Positions 29,001 through 37,850 of a stretch of DNA of 64,000 bases are shown in pieces. Position 1 is the stretch's first letter. Each line of letters begins with the position of its first letter. The translations under genes were made by a program, and so were the position numbers. The DNA is from an uncultured Gammaproteobacteria bacterium (GTDB lineage Bacteria > Patescibacteriota > Microgenomatia > Daviesbacterales > UBA10151). The notes under the pieces are model-generated. The model searched no databases, was not told where the DNA came from, and worked only from the letters and a program-made list of their open reading frames with translations. Location of the stretch: positions 1,362 to 65,361 of the forward strand of contig CAYOSW010000005.1 in assembly GCA_964406775.1 (NCBI GenBank). Direction: 5' to 3'.

Positions 29001-29486
29001 TCTGATTTCAGCACCGTAAAGTCTGCGTCCGGTAATAGGATCATCTGAGGCAGAAAAAAACGCTCCGGGGGAGCGTACTATCTGATTGATTATTACCCTT
29101 TCGACTCCGTTAATAATAAATGTACCTTTTTCGGTCATTTGCGGAATGTCGCCGAGGAATGCTTCCTGTTTATATGTATCGTTGTTTTGAAGGTTTGTTA
29201 AAACTACGCGGACTTTTAAAGGCGCATCATATGACATTCCCTTAACTTTGCACTGATCAGGGGTAAATCTGGGCTTGCCGAAGAAGTATTCTCCGAATTC
29301 AAGCTTCCAGTTTTTTCCGGTAAAATCCGAAACGGGAGTTATTTCATTAAGTAGTGTTCCGATTCCTTCATCGAGGAATTTTTGGTAAGAATCGCGTTGC
29401 AGGCGTGTAAGGTCTAGTTTTTTGACTTGTGTGGGTCTTTTTCCCCAGTAAAGTCTGCCGTTAATAGTATTAGACGCTGTTTGCAT
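25998..29486 (-). CDS. rpoB: DNA-directed RNA polymerase subunit beta, with roughly 100 aa acidic C-terminal tail
   Basis: 1162 aa ORF with conserved beta motifs (RFGEMEVWALEAYGAA..LQE.LT.KSDD). The family normally ends near IPESFKVLVKELQSLGIEV. Here it is followed by an E/D/A-rich tail and overlaps rpoC by 8 nt. Confidence 0.97.
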   Translation of the reverse strand: MQTASNTINGRLYWGKRPTQVKKLDLTRLQRDSYQKFLDEGIGTLLNEITPVSDFTGKNWKLEFGEYFFGKPRFTPDQCKVKGMSYDAPLKVRVVLTNLQNNDTYKQEAFLGDIPQMTEKGTFIINGVERVIINQIVRSPGAFFSASDDPITGRRLYGAEIRPQHGSWLEFGVSRSDVLTVKIDRRRKFAATTLLRALGLSEDEIRTNFESVDNNGEHRYIESTMAKDPTKDQNEALLEIFRKMRPGDPVVLETAKSLLQNMFFNARRYNLTRVGRFKINKRLGLDIPNSPENWILTKEDIVATLKYLINLANGNGKTDDIDHLGNRRVRMVGELVAQNAFWIGLQRLERVIKERMSLLSLDQEITAAGLVNARPVIAAINEFFRSSQLSQILDQTNPLSEIDHLRRLSVTGTGGISRDRASFSIRDINHSQYGRIDPIRSPEGPNIGLVTYLALYARINEYGFLETPYRKVVLEKGKPRATDEIIYLTADDEEDLYITEATVEMDDKGFINQPRVPVRYLGSFFETEVEKVNLIDISPQQIVGTSASLIPFLAHDDANRALMGTHMQCQAVPLLLPQAPVIGTGMETMIADTMARTVRAPFDGEITYADGEKIMLSGKGQKQEFKVKKFVNSPSMTCYSQKPAVVPGQKIKTDDLLIEGTSTDNGELSLGTNLLIGYMSYDGLGYEDAIVISDRLVKQDVLSSIHIEEYNTDVVETKLGPDEVTPDIPNVSEEALANLDETGIVRIGAEVAPGDILVGKVQPKGETELTAEERLLRAIFGEKAKEVRDTSLRMPHGEKGTVIGIEILSREAGDDLGAGVLQRIKVKVAQLRKVTAGDKLAGRHGNKGVISKIVAAADMPHLEDGTPLDIIISSVTVLSRMNLGQLLEAHLGLAAKKLGFKVAAPVFEKIPEEVLIEQLQKANLPVSGKSKLIDGRTGEYFKQDVVVGIAYFLKLIHMVEDKTHARSTGPYSLVTQQPLGGKAQMGGQRLGEMEVWALEAYGAANVLQEMLTLKSDDVVGRAKAFEAIIKGTEIPQALIPESFKVLVKELQSLGIEVIPMGVKEVNEEEVKEESSTETAAIEAAKEALGVGEVGVDSELNAETGPMEVLDAQGEPETKKEAVEAQEEDAGLVDADAENDDNSEAQAADLAAQAMEKEGGEDE

Positions 29487-29658
29487 AAGTAGATGGTTAC
29501 TCTTGGCGAAGCTAAGCTCCGTTTAATACACCAAAAAGGTACGCATACCTCACTAGTAGTATGCCTACCATATTTTCCAATATTTAGGTTAAGGGGTAAT
29601 ATACTATAAATCTTATAGCAATTGCAAGCAGTAACTTTCCGGTAATCCGTAAGCTGAT

Positions 29659-29856
29659 TTACTTATCTACATAAGTGTTCGGAGCAGCCGGCCCGCCCGG
29701 AACATATTCGGTTTGGACCGCAGGCTGATAACTCTCCTGGGCGCTCGGGAAAAAGCCCGTTCCGTTAACCAGCAGATAGATACCTACTGCTATACCGGCA
29801 ACCACCAGAACTATCACTGCCATAGGAACCGATCCTTTTTGAGTTAATTCATTCAT
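29659..29856 (-). CDS. small single-pass membrane protein
   Basis: 65 aa ORF with one hydrophobic helix (MAVIVLVVAGIAVGIYLLV) and a Pro/Gly-rich tail. Confidence 0.35.
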   Translation of the reverse strand: MNELTQKGSVPMAVIVLVVAGIAVGIYLLVNGTGFFPSAQESYQPAVQTEYVPGGPAAPNTYVDK

Positions 29857-29901
29857 ATATACATAATTCCTGTTTTGTAAAATTTTGTCAATGCGCAGGA
29901 G

Positions 29902-30777
29902 TTATTTTGCGCTGATGATCTTGAAAGTTGCGGCAATATCCTCGTCCCCCCAACCCTCATCCATTGTTTTTTTATAGATACCTTCTGTCGTTTTTAAAAT
30001 CGGCAGGGGAGTGGTGGACGCTTTTTCAGTTAAACCTAATTTTAGATCTTTGCGCATATTGGCAACCGAAAACATCACCGGATATTTTCCCTCAACAATC
30101 ATCGGCATTTTATTTTTCATATTGGGGGAGATGGAAAAGGTATTTTTAAGAGCTTCGTAAATTTGTTTTTTCGTGAGTCCTAATGATTGCCCCAGCAGAA
30201 AAGCCTCACCCAAAACTGCGATAGTTTCCCCGCCTATTAGATTATTCACAAGCTTAATGGCCTGACCCGAACCGACCGGACCCATATATGGCAACTCGAT
30301 ACCCATTGCCATAAGTACGGGTTTCACTTTTTCAAATATCTTTTTGTCTCCCCCGACAAAAATAACCAGCTCGCCCGATTTTGCCCGGTCGGTGCTTCCG
30401 GTTACCGGCGCATCGATAAAATCAACTCCTTTTTTAGCGAGACCCTTTGCTACCTCTTTTGCCATCGAAGGGCCGATCGTACTCATATCGATATGGATTA
30501 AGCCGGAATGAGCACCCTCAATAATTCCATTTTTCCCTAAAGCCACTTCTTTAACATCTTTGGGTGCGGTAATCATCGTTATTACTACGTCCGAATTTGC
30601 CGCAAGTTCGGCAGGGGAGGAGTAAACGGAAATTCCCATTTTCTTAAATTCGGCAGCTTTGGCGGGGGTGCGGTTATAAACGGATAATTCAAACCCTTTT
30701 TTATGAATGTTTAAAGCCATAGGTTTCCCCATAAGCCCTAAACCAATAAAACCTACTTTGAGTTTTGACATAGGCAA
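29902..30777 (-). CDS. NAD(P)-dependent 3-hydroxyisobutyrate dehydrogenase family oxidoreductase (MmsB/GarR-like)
   Basis: 291 aa ORF. N-terminal Rossmann motif GFIGLGLMGKPMA and a 6-phosphogluconate-dehydrogenase-like C-terminal half. Confidence 0.85.
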   Translation of the reverse strand: MPMSKLKVGFIGLGLMGKPMALNIHKKGFELSVYNRTPAKAAEFKKMGISVYSSPAELAANSDVVITMITAPKDVKEVALGKNGIIEGAHSGLIHIDMSTIGPSMAKEVAKGLAKKGVDFIDAPVTGSTDRAKSGELVIFVGGDKKIFEKVKPVLMAMGIELPYMGPVGSGQAIKLVNNLIGGETIAVLGEAFLLGQSLGLTKKQIYEALKNTFSISPNMKNKMPMIVEGKYPVMFSVANMRKDLKLGLTEKASTTPLPILKTTEGIYKKTMDEGWGDEDIAATFKIISAK

Positions 30778-30955
30778 AATTTATCACAACATCTATTAAA
30801 ATGCGAGTCTAAATATTGAGCCTTGCATTGAACGCAGCAGCGTTAAAAACTTGAGTGAGGCTACCAGGGGAAAAGCGGACCTTGTGTGCGAAGGGGTGAA
30901 TCCCCGGTTAGCCGAGCGAAAGTTTAGCTGACCGTTCACTGCAAGCGGCTTTTGT

Positions 30956-31000
30956 GTCGCTTTTGCCGGCAAAAGCGACAGAGACTTTGCTTGCAAAGTC
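30956..31000. repeat. two adjacent perfect palindromic hairpins just downstream of tgt
   Basis: gtcgcttttgccggcaaaagcgac (30956-30979) is a 24-nt perfect palindrome. gactttg-cttg-caaagtc (30983-31000) is a 7-bp stem. Neither is followed by a U-run on either strand. Confidence 0.5.
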
Positions 31001-31008
31001 GTATAAAA

Positions 31009-32370
31009 TTAACCCAACCATTGTTTCTTCAACTTTTTAAACTGTTTATCAATTATCGACTGTCTTATTTTTTTTACCAGATTGACCATAAAATATAAAT
31101 TGTGAATCGAAGCCAGACGGAAATAGAGGAGTTCTCGGGCAATGAATAAGTGACGAAGATAACTTTTTGAGAAATTTTGACAGGTATAGCAGCCGCATCC
31201 GGGATCAATAGGTTTGCTGTCATATATAAATTCGGAATTGCCGATATTTAAGACAAATTTATTCTTGAACTTTCCTCCGTTTTCCGGGGAAATATATAGC
31301 GAACCGTTGCGGGCGCGGCGGGTGGGGGCGACACAGTCAAACATATCGACTCCTTTTTCGATACATAGAAAAAAATCAACAACTTCGCCGATCCCTAAAG
31401 CGTGTCTGGGCCAGGAGTCGGGGAGGAGGGGAGTAACCCAACTCATTGTCTGCTCAATTGAACGGGTCGAAGCCCATTCAACTTCCGCAAACTCGGGATT
31501 TTTTGTAAGAGATTCCGACCAGAGAGGAGAGGTGCCGAAAGACCCGCCGATCGAAACCCCGTCAAAATCCTGTTTAGCAATCCATTTGGCTTCCTGCTCA
31601 CGGATCCTTCTGTCATCAACTCCTTGTAAAATGCCAAACAGACTTCCCTTTTTTTCACGGTTTTTTTTCACAATAGTCTTATAATATTTCTGACTGCGGA
31701 GTTCCCAACGGTGCGTGCGCTCTAAAGATTGTGCGACATAGGATTCCGAATGGAGTGGAGAAATCAGTTCGTCCAATACTAAAATGATATCCGCTCCTAG
31801 ATTGAATTGAATCTCAATACTCCGCTCCGGAGTCAGAAGGTGCTTTCCCCCATCAAGATGAGATTTGAACTCGACCCCCTCCTCCGTAATCTTGGATAAA
31901 GCTTTTACCGCTTCGGGCTTCACCTCAACGGTTACCCTTCTGTGGATCGTCTTGTTTTTAGTGTCATAAACTTTTCCGCTTTTCCTGACTTTTGGTTCCT
32001 CCTGATTCAGGATTCCTGATTTATGATTTAGCGGCTGACTCACTTTTTTTATTCCGTGTTCTATCATCGCGCCAAGCGAAAAAGCCTGGAATCCTCCCGA
32101 ATCCGTCAGGATCGGGCCGTCCCAACCCATAAATTTATGTAAACCGCCCATTTTCTTAATAAGTTCGGATGTAGGCCTTAAGTTTAAATGATAGGTATTT
32201 CCCAAAATTATCTCCGCTCCTAAAGTTTTCAAATCATCCGGAGTCAGAGACTTAACAGTGCCTTGAGTTCCGACAGGCATATAAACAGGTGTTTGCACCT
32301 TACCGTGGGGAGTAGAAAGAATTCCCGCTCTGGCCTGTCCGTCTTTTGCAATAGTTTTAAAAACCGCCAT
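31009..32370 (-). CDS. tgt: queuine tRNA-ribosyltransferase (with insertions)
   Basis: 453 aa ORF with Tgt motifs (LTDSGGFQ catalytic Asp region, and C-terminal zinc site CGCYTCQNFSKSYLRHL). Confidence 0.88.
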   Translation of the reverse strand: MAVFKTIAKDGQARAGILSTPHGKVQTPVYMPVGTQGTVKSLTPDDLKTLGAEIILGNTYHLNLRPTSELIKKMGGLHKFMGWDGPILTDSGGFQAFSLGAMIEHGIKKVSQPLNHKSGILNQEEPKVRKSGKVYDTKNKTIHRRVTVEVKPEAVKALSKITEEGVEFKSHLDGGKHLLTPERSIEIQFNLGADIILVLDELISPLHSESYVAQSLERTHRWELRSQKYYKTIVKKNREKKGSLFGILQGVDDRRIREQEAKWIAKQDFDGVSIGGSFGTSPLWSESLTKNPEFAEVEWASTRSIEQTMSWVTPLLPDSWPRHALGIGEVVDFFLCIEKGVDMFDCVAPTRRARNGSLYISPENGGKFKNKFVLNIGNSEFIYDSKPIDPGCGCYTCQNFSKSYLRHLFIARELLYFRLASIHNLYFMVNLVKKIRQSIIDKQFKKLKKQWLG

Positions 32371-32412
32371 AACGGCTAATTCTAAAAATTATTAAACCAA
32401 ATAGCAAATCAG

Positions 32413-33204
32413 ATGAAATACTATAAGCTTGATTTACTCTTTCAGTACTGCTATACTTCCCCGATGCTTATTGAGGCCAAACAACACAGACAGGATGCTC
32501 TTGCGGTACACGATGCGCAGACACTGCGCGGATTTATGGAGAAATATTTTACCAGAGTATTTGTTGCCGACTATCCGGGAGAGGTCATTAAATCTATCAG
32601 GGAATCCAATCCGGACAGACTCAGTAACCCGGATTATTTCAGATTCTACGCACTTGTTATTTCAGGCACAGCTGAATTCGGTTTTAAATCTGCCGAGGGT
32701 CAAAGATTCCGTCACGATAAAAGAGGTTTTACCCGCGATTATACCGATCCGAGGCATCTTCTGGCTTTAGGCTGTTATTTGGCTGATTTAAATATCCAAG
32801 CCTATGATCAAAAAATGAAAATGCTCCGCCTTCAAAGGAGCGCCGGAGGAGGACTTACCCCGGAACAGGAAGAAGCGATATGGGCGGCGACCGATTTATT
32901 TGTCCAGTCAGGTAAAGTTTCCATAAATTTTACCGAAACAAGAAGAAAGAGGAAAAATTTTGACGCCCGTACTCTCGTTTGCCTGCCCGATATAGACCGT
33001 CACAGAAGAGTCAGCCTTATCGGTTTTACCGGAAGAGATGCTGACAGGATGGACCGCGAGACTTTTACTAGGACTAAATTACCTCTTGTCGAGGCGGCTT
33101 ACGGCGACTGTTTAGATATTAGAGGAATTTTTTTGAACGGATCGGAAAAATGGATATCGTCTCCCGACAGACCTTCTCAATCATCTTACGCATTCGGAGC
33201 TTAA
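32413..33204 (+). CDS. hypothetical protein
   Basis: 263 aa ORF on the strand opposite to both neighbours. No recognisable motif. Confidence 0.4.
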   Translation: MKYYKLDLLFQYCYTSPMLIEAKQHRQDALAVHDAQTLRGFMEKYFTRVFVADYPGEVIKSIRESNPDRLSNPDYFRFYALVISGTAEFGFKSAEGQRFRHDKRGFTRDYTDPRHLLALGCYLADLNIQAYDQKMKMLRLQRSAGGGLTPEQEEAIWAATDLFVQSGKVSINFTETRRKRKNFDARTLVCLPDIDRHRRVSLIGFTGRDADRMDRETFTRTKLPLVEAAYGDCLDIRGIFLNGSEKWISSPDRPSQSSYAFGA

Positions 33205-34625
33205 TGCCCCGGAGACTCATCAAAATCCGCGTGCTGTTTAATCAGCTCAATCAGTTTTTCGTGTCTTCCCTGGTAATTCTCAATCTCTTCCTCAACATTC
33301 AACCTGAGCAGAGGTTCGGTATTGCTCATCCTTAAAGAGAATCTCCATTCAGGATACTGGACTGCTACCCCGTCAATTTCGGAAATCTCACCGTCTGCGT
33401 GGAGCTCTTTTAATTTTTCGATTATTTCTTTGGCATTTTTAACCCGGAAATTCATCTCACCCGACTCGCGGGAACGCTTAACATCTGATGCAAGTTCGGA
33501 AAGTTTTTTGCCCGTTTTAGTCATAGCATTTAAAACGTGAAGCAAAACAAGGAGAGGCCCTTCGGCATTTCCTGTGGCTTTAAAGAAATAATGCGCCGAT
33601 GATTCCCCAGCAAAAATCCCACCGCCTTTATTCATCATTTCGGTAATAAAAGCGTGGCCGACTTTCGTAATTACGGCTTCCCCACCCTCCTCTTCCGTAA
33701 CTCTTTTGGGAGTCATAATATATCTGATATCAAATAATATCTTTTCCCCTTTGTGTTCCCGGAGGAGTTCTCGGGCAACGATAGCCGTAATCTTAGAAGG
33801 GGATACCACCTCTCCCCTCTCGTCAATAAAAAATATTCTGTCGCCGTCTCCGTCCAACGCCAATCCCAAGTCAGCTTTCTCCTCTACTACTTTCTTTTGA
33901 ACATCTTCGTTGTTTTTAGGATCCAGGGGGTCTGCCGCGTGGTTCGGGAAAGTTCCGTCAAGTTCAAAATAGAGTTTTACCAATTCCCCCGGAATATGCT
34001 TGTATAGATGATCAATATATAAAGCCCCCATCGCATTTGCCGCATCGGCTACTACTTTATAGGAATTAATTTTCGGATGATCCATTATCTTTAAGGCATT
34101 CTGAACTTCGTTCTCCGTGACATTTTCAATTTGAGTTATCTTACCGCTACCTCTCGGCTCAACTTCAACACCTTCCGCCGCCATCTTCTTAATATCCTCC
34201 ATACCGGTCGGCTTCCCTACTTTAATAAGTCCCCCGTTTTTAGGATTAACGACAATCTTTAATCCGTTGTAATTTTTAGGATTATGGGAAGCAGTGATCT
34301 GGATTCCGGTGTCATATCCGCCTGAAAAAACCGCGTAATAAAAAGTCGGAGTCGAAACAAGTCCGGGGTCAATGACGTGAGCCCCTAAATTTACAAGAGT
34401 TTCGGTTACTGATTTAAATATTGCCGGGCTTGAAGCGCGCATATCCCGGCCGACGACGACCGTTAATTGTTCTTTATCGGGAAATTGTTTCAGGAAAAAA
34501 GAGTAAATTGCTTTTGCGGCAATGACAACATTGTCTTCATTGAGCTGATCAGGATATGTCCCCCTAATGTCGTAACTTTTAAAAATGCTTTCAGGAATAT
34601 TCATCTTTTTCTTTGAACTGCGCAT
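33201..34625 (-). CDS. phosphoglucomutase/phosphomannomutase (alpha-D-phosphohexomutase)
   Basis: 474 aa ORF with the active-site phosphoserine motif TASHNP, the metal loop DGDGDR and sugar-binding loops. Confidence 0.9.
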   Translation of the reverse strand: MRSSKKKMNIPESIFKSYDIRGTYPDQLNEDNVVIAAKAIYSFFLKQFPDKEQLTVVVGRDMRASSPAIFKSVTETLVNLGAHVIDPGLVSTPTFYYAVFSGGYDTGIQITASHNPKNYNGLKIVVNPKNGGLIKVGKPTGMEDIKKMAAEGVEVEPRGSGKITQIENVTENEVQNALKIMDHPKINSYKVVADAANAMGALYIDHLYKHIPGELVKLYFELDGTFPNHAADPLDPKNNEDVQKKVVEEKADLGLALDGDGDRIFFIDERGEVVSPSKITAIVARELLREHKGEKILFDIRYIMTPKRVTEEEGGEAVITKVGHAFITEMMNKGGGIFAGESSAHYFFKATGNAEGPLLVLLHVLNAMTKTGKKLSELASDVKRSRESGEMNFRVKNAKEIIEKLKELHADGEISEIDGVAVQYPEWRFSLRMSNTEPLLRLNVEEEIENYQGRHEKLIELIKQHADFDESPGH

Positions 34626-34784
34626 TTACTCAGTGCTGATGAAACTGCGTGATGCAGCAAAAGCGCCATAGCTTTCGTGCCGGCAATGGCTATACTTCTC
34701 GTTTCTCTGCTTTCGGTCGGGCGTCCGCTAACCATAATAAATCCCTGATTTTCTCTTCTCTGTTCCGCTGCCATAAAAATGATT

Positions 34785-35318
34785 CTATTCCTTCTCCGCT
34801 AATTTTTCCAGTACCTTTTGCAGTACTTTTTCAGGCTTTAACTCTGTTGTATCAATAACCAGATCAAAGTATTTGGGATCCAAAAAATCCGAAACCCCGT
34901 ACAATTTATTGAATTTATCAACCAAGTCTTTGGCTCTTTGGACTGATAAATTTTTTGCTTCTTCTTCTGTTACCGAATCCCTCTTGGCCACTCTTTTATA
35001 TGCCTCACTATCTTCTACCGTGCAAAGAACTTTTAAAGTTTCCGCGTAATCTTTAGCCAGCCATCCTGCCAAACGGGATTCAAAAACAACACCGGATTTT
35101 TCCGCCATCTCCTTTTTAAAATCGGCTTCCATTTTCCTGTCTTCCTCTTCGGGGATTCCGTAAACTTTTGACACATCCATCCCCTGACCCGCATACCACT
35201 CGCGGAAATAATTTCCGGCACTGATATATTCCCAATCCAGTTTTTCGGACAAAAGTCTGGCTAAAGTCGATTTGCCTGTGCCGATATCTCCGGAGATTGC
35301 AACGTTTTTGAATTTCAT
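34785..35318 (-). CDS. cytidylate kinase-like P-loop NMP kinase
   Basis: 177 aa ORF with P-loop AISGDIGTGKST. Small NMP-kinase fold. Confidence 0.65.
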   Translation of the reverse strand: MKFKNVAISGDIGTGKSTLARLLSEKLDWEYISAGNYFREWYAGQGMDVSKVYGIPEEEDRKMEADFKKEMAEKSGVVFESRLAGWLAKDYAETLKVLCTVEDSEAYKRVAKRDSVTEEEAKNLSVQRAKDLVDKFNKLYGVSDFLDPKYFDLVIDTTELKPEKVLQKVLEKLAEKE

Positions 35319-35415
35319 TTTGTTTCTAATATGCCTTTCTTCAAAAAGGCAAGGTTCTGAGAGCGATGTGTTACTTAAACACAGCGCGAGCAGGTCCTTA
35401 TATTCTTGAATTTCA

Positions 35416-36282
35416 TTAGCCTAAACTATACCCCATATTCTCAAGCTCTGCCACAAAGTCATCACTCTTTTCGCTGTTACAGGCTTCACAAAACGGCATC
35501 ATACAGAAAGTAATTTCTTTATTCGTTAATATTTGACGGATCTTTTGACGGAAGACTTCTTCGACTTCCGATAAATTTTCCAGATCAAAATCTCGGGTAA
35601 AACTTTCATCTTTCGGATCCTGCCAAAAAACTACCCTGAATTTAGCTTTCTTATACCCTCGCTTCAGAAGATCTTCCGCGAGCAATAAGGTATAAAGTTT
35701 CGGCATCAAATCCATATCCATATTCATCTTTCCCTTGGCAATATCCTGGCGCGATTTATAATCAATGACTTCCGGAATTCCGTCTTGTCCTATCTCAAGC
35801 GTGTCCGGTCCTCCCCAAAGTTTATATTTTTCACCGTCTATCTCTATTACTTTTTGATAAAAACCGATATCCGTAATTTTCTTTTTAAATCTGCCTTCTA
35901 TTTGCCCGTAATAATTTTGGAGCACCTGTTCGGCAGCTAAAATCACTTCCTCTGTTAAAAATTCAACCGTTGCGGTGTTAAAATTCGGCCTCGGCTTACT
36001 CTTCTCTTCTTCTTTGATTTCTTCAGCGCTAAACCGCACTCCTTTCAGCAATCTTTTTAGTGGGTAATCATAAGCTGGGCGTTTGTGTATGTTTTTAATC
36101 GTCTTGTCCAGCAAAACCCCTAAGGCCATCTGAGGACTCCCCTTGCCGATTTCATATTTTTTGTCCAACTCGTGCTTGACCAGAAATTTGAATACACAAG
36201 TATCAAAATCGTGGAGATCTGAGAGTGAATAACCTCGGATTTTCGGTATGAAGTCAGAAGCCATAGGTTTGTATTGAAACAT
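35416..36282 (-). CDS. PD-(D/E)xK nuclease, Cas4/RecB-like, with 1+3 cysteine Fe-S pattern
   Basis: 288 aa ORF with EVIDYKS, which matches the (I/V)DYK(T/S) motif III of RecB-family nucleases. One N-terminal Cys (DTCVF) plus C-terminal C-x5-C-x2-C (FCMMPFCEAC). No CRISPR array nearby. Confidence 0.5.
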   Translation of the reverse strand: MFQYKPMASDFIPKIRGYSLSDLHDFDTCVFKFLVKHELDKKYEIGKGSPQMALGVLLDKTIKNIHKRPAYDYPLKRLLKGVRFSAEEIKEEEKSKPRPNFNTATVEFLTEEVILAAEQVLQNYYGQIEGRFKKKITDIGFYQKVIEIDGEKYKLWGGPDTLEIGQDGIPEVIDYKSRQDIAKGKMNMDMDLMPKLYTLLLAEDLLKRGYKKAKFRVVFWQDPKDESFTRDFDLENLSEVEEVFRQKIRQILTNKEITFCMMPFCEACNSEKSDDFVAELENMGYSLG

Positions 36283-36295
36283 ATTTTATGGTATT

Positions 36296-36832
36296 TTGCA
36301 TAAAATGCCAAAACTACCCGGTATACTTTTACTCCTTTTGTTATTAGTTATCTCCACACCAGCCGTTTATGCCCGGATTACTCCTGAGGATATTTATAAT
36401 GAAAAAAGGCAGGCTTACGAAAGTAAAAGACAAACCTATTCGCTTGAAAACCAGAAAAAACTCGATGCTTATGAAAAAGAGATAAAAAGCTTAAACAGCT
36501 TTATTACTTCCGAACTTGAAAACAATACCTTAAGACAGGGCGAAATTCTGGACGAATACATTATCAGGAATAATATTCCCACAGTTCCCGAGACTGACGG
36601 TATAAAAAGAAATCTCGATGATCCGGTCGAGAATGCCAGGTATTGGATCACTTATGCGCACGAGGCAATCGCGTTTCAGGCTGCAAAAAATTATTTATTC
36701 GGATTGACCGGCGAAACAAGTATTAACAAGGATATTATTATTCAGATTCAGGCTCTTCAGGCTGACACAGGAGTTCTTAAAGGCAAGGTCGAGAAATCCA
36801 AACAAGCACTGATTAAACTTTTAAATAAGTAA
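36296..36832 (+). CDS. secreted coiled-coil protein
   Basis: 178 aa ORF with a signal-peptide-like N-terminus (LLLLLLLVISTPAVYA) followed by a charged, helix-prone region. Confidence 0.45.
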   Translation: MHKMPKLPGILLLLLLLVISTPAVYARITPEDIYNEKRQAYESKRQTYSLENQKKLDAYEKEIKSLNSFITSELENNTLRQGEILDEYIIRNNIPTVPETDGIKRNLDDPVENARYWITYAHEAIAFQAAKNYLFGLTGETSINKDIIIQIQALQADTGVLKGKVEKSKQALIKLLNK

Positions 36833-37125
36833 TGAACACTAAAGCCGTCATTGCAGTAATAATAGTTGCGGTCCTCATAGGAGTTCTTTACGTAATGTTT
36901 GAAAAAAGCTTTACGGCCTCAGGCGACCTGAGTCAGGCACCAACCACTTCAGAACAGGTGGCAACAAAACTTCCCGATCAGCCCGATACAACAGTGTTGC
37001 CCACACCTGAACCTACACTCCCGCCCATCGATAAAAACTCTAACCTTGCTGAGGAAGCCGCAGCTCTGCAAATGCGGGATTATTCGGGGATGTTTGAAGA
37101 TTTAAAAAGCAAAGTCAGCAAATGA
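36832..37125 (+). CDS. small membrane protein with Pro/Thr-rich tail
   Basis: 97 aa ORF with one TM helix and a PT-rich linker. Start overlaps the stop of the upstream gene (ATGA). Confidence 0.4.
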   Translation: MNTKAVIAVIIVAVLIGVLYVMFEKSFTASGDLSQAPTTSEQVATKLPDQPDTTVLPTPEPTLPPIDKNSNLAEEAAALQMRDYSGMFEDLKSKVSK

Positions 37126-37850
37126 GAATCCTCCTTTTCGGAAAAAACTCCGATTCAATCCGCCACCTTTTACCTATACACGGTCTGGAAGCAGTTGAAG
37201 ACAAGCCTGATGTGATTATTTCCTACGGCGGAGACGGTACACTACTGTCGGCTGAGAGAAAATTTCCGGGAATTCCCAAACTACCCATCAGAGATAGCAA
37301 GGTTTGCAAAAAATGTTCCCTGCATACTACTGAAACCCTGCTTGAGACTCTATCTAAAAATATTCTGCGCTTTAAATTATATCCTAAGTTAGAAGCTAAA
37401 TCAGGCTCAAGCACCGATATTTTGGCCATTAACGATATTGTCATCCGCAACAGCACGCCAATGCACGCTTTAAGATTCAGCGTTTTTTTAAACGGGGTGC
37501 AAGTTGAACCTAAAATAATAATCGGCGACGGCATTGTCGTTACAACACCTTTCGGCTCAACCGGCTACTATAAAAGCATTACGAGAGATACAATAACTTC
37601 CGGATTCGCCTTTGCTTTTAACAACACCACAAAACCGATCAAGCCTGTCAAATTTACGGCGATTCAGGATGTTAAGGTCTTAATTATCCGTGGACCCGGA
37701 TCGCTATCATCTGATAACAACCCGAAGATTTATCCTCTGAAGGAGCAGGACTGGGTAAAAATTTTTGCTTCCCCGCATAAAGCCCATATTTTTATGGATA
37801 CTCTCCGTTGTGAAGATTGCGTAGTTTTGCGCGACAAGAGACTGCGCTAG
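37122..37850 (+). CDS. nadK: NAD+ kinase
   Basis: 242 aa ORF with the GGDGT motif (VIISYGGDGTLLSA), NE/D and the conserved C-terminal beta region. Confidence 0.85.
   Translation: MRILLFGKNSDSIRHLLPIHGLEAVEDKPDVIISYGGDGTLLSAERKFPGIPKLPIRDSKVCKKCSLHTTETLLETLSKNILRFKLYPKLEAKSGSSTDILAINDIVIRNSTPMHALRFSVFLNGVQVEPKIIIGDGIVVTTPFGSTGYYKSITRDTITSGFAFAFNNTTKPIKPVKFTAIQDVKVLIIRGPGSLSSDNNPKIYPLKEQDWVKIFASPHKAHIFMDTLRCEDCVVLRDKRLR

Noticed and set aside
30796-30996. 66-aa ORF in the tgt downstream gap.
   Set aside because: It overlaps the palindromic and structured region, has an arbitrary-looking composition, and has no RBS-like sequence. The region is better explained as non-coding structured DNA/RNA.
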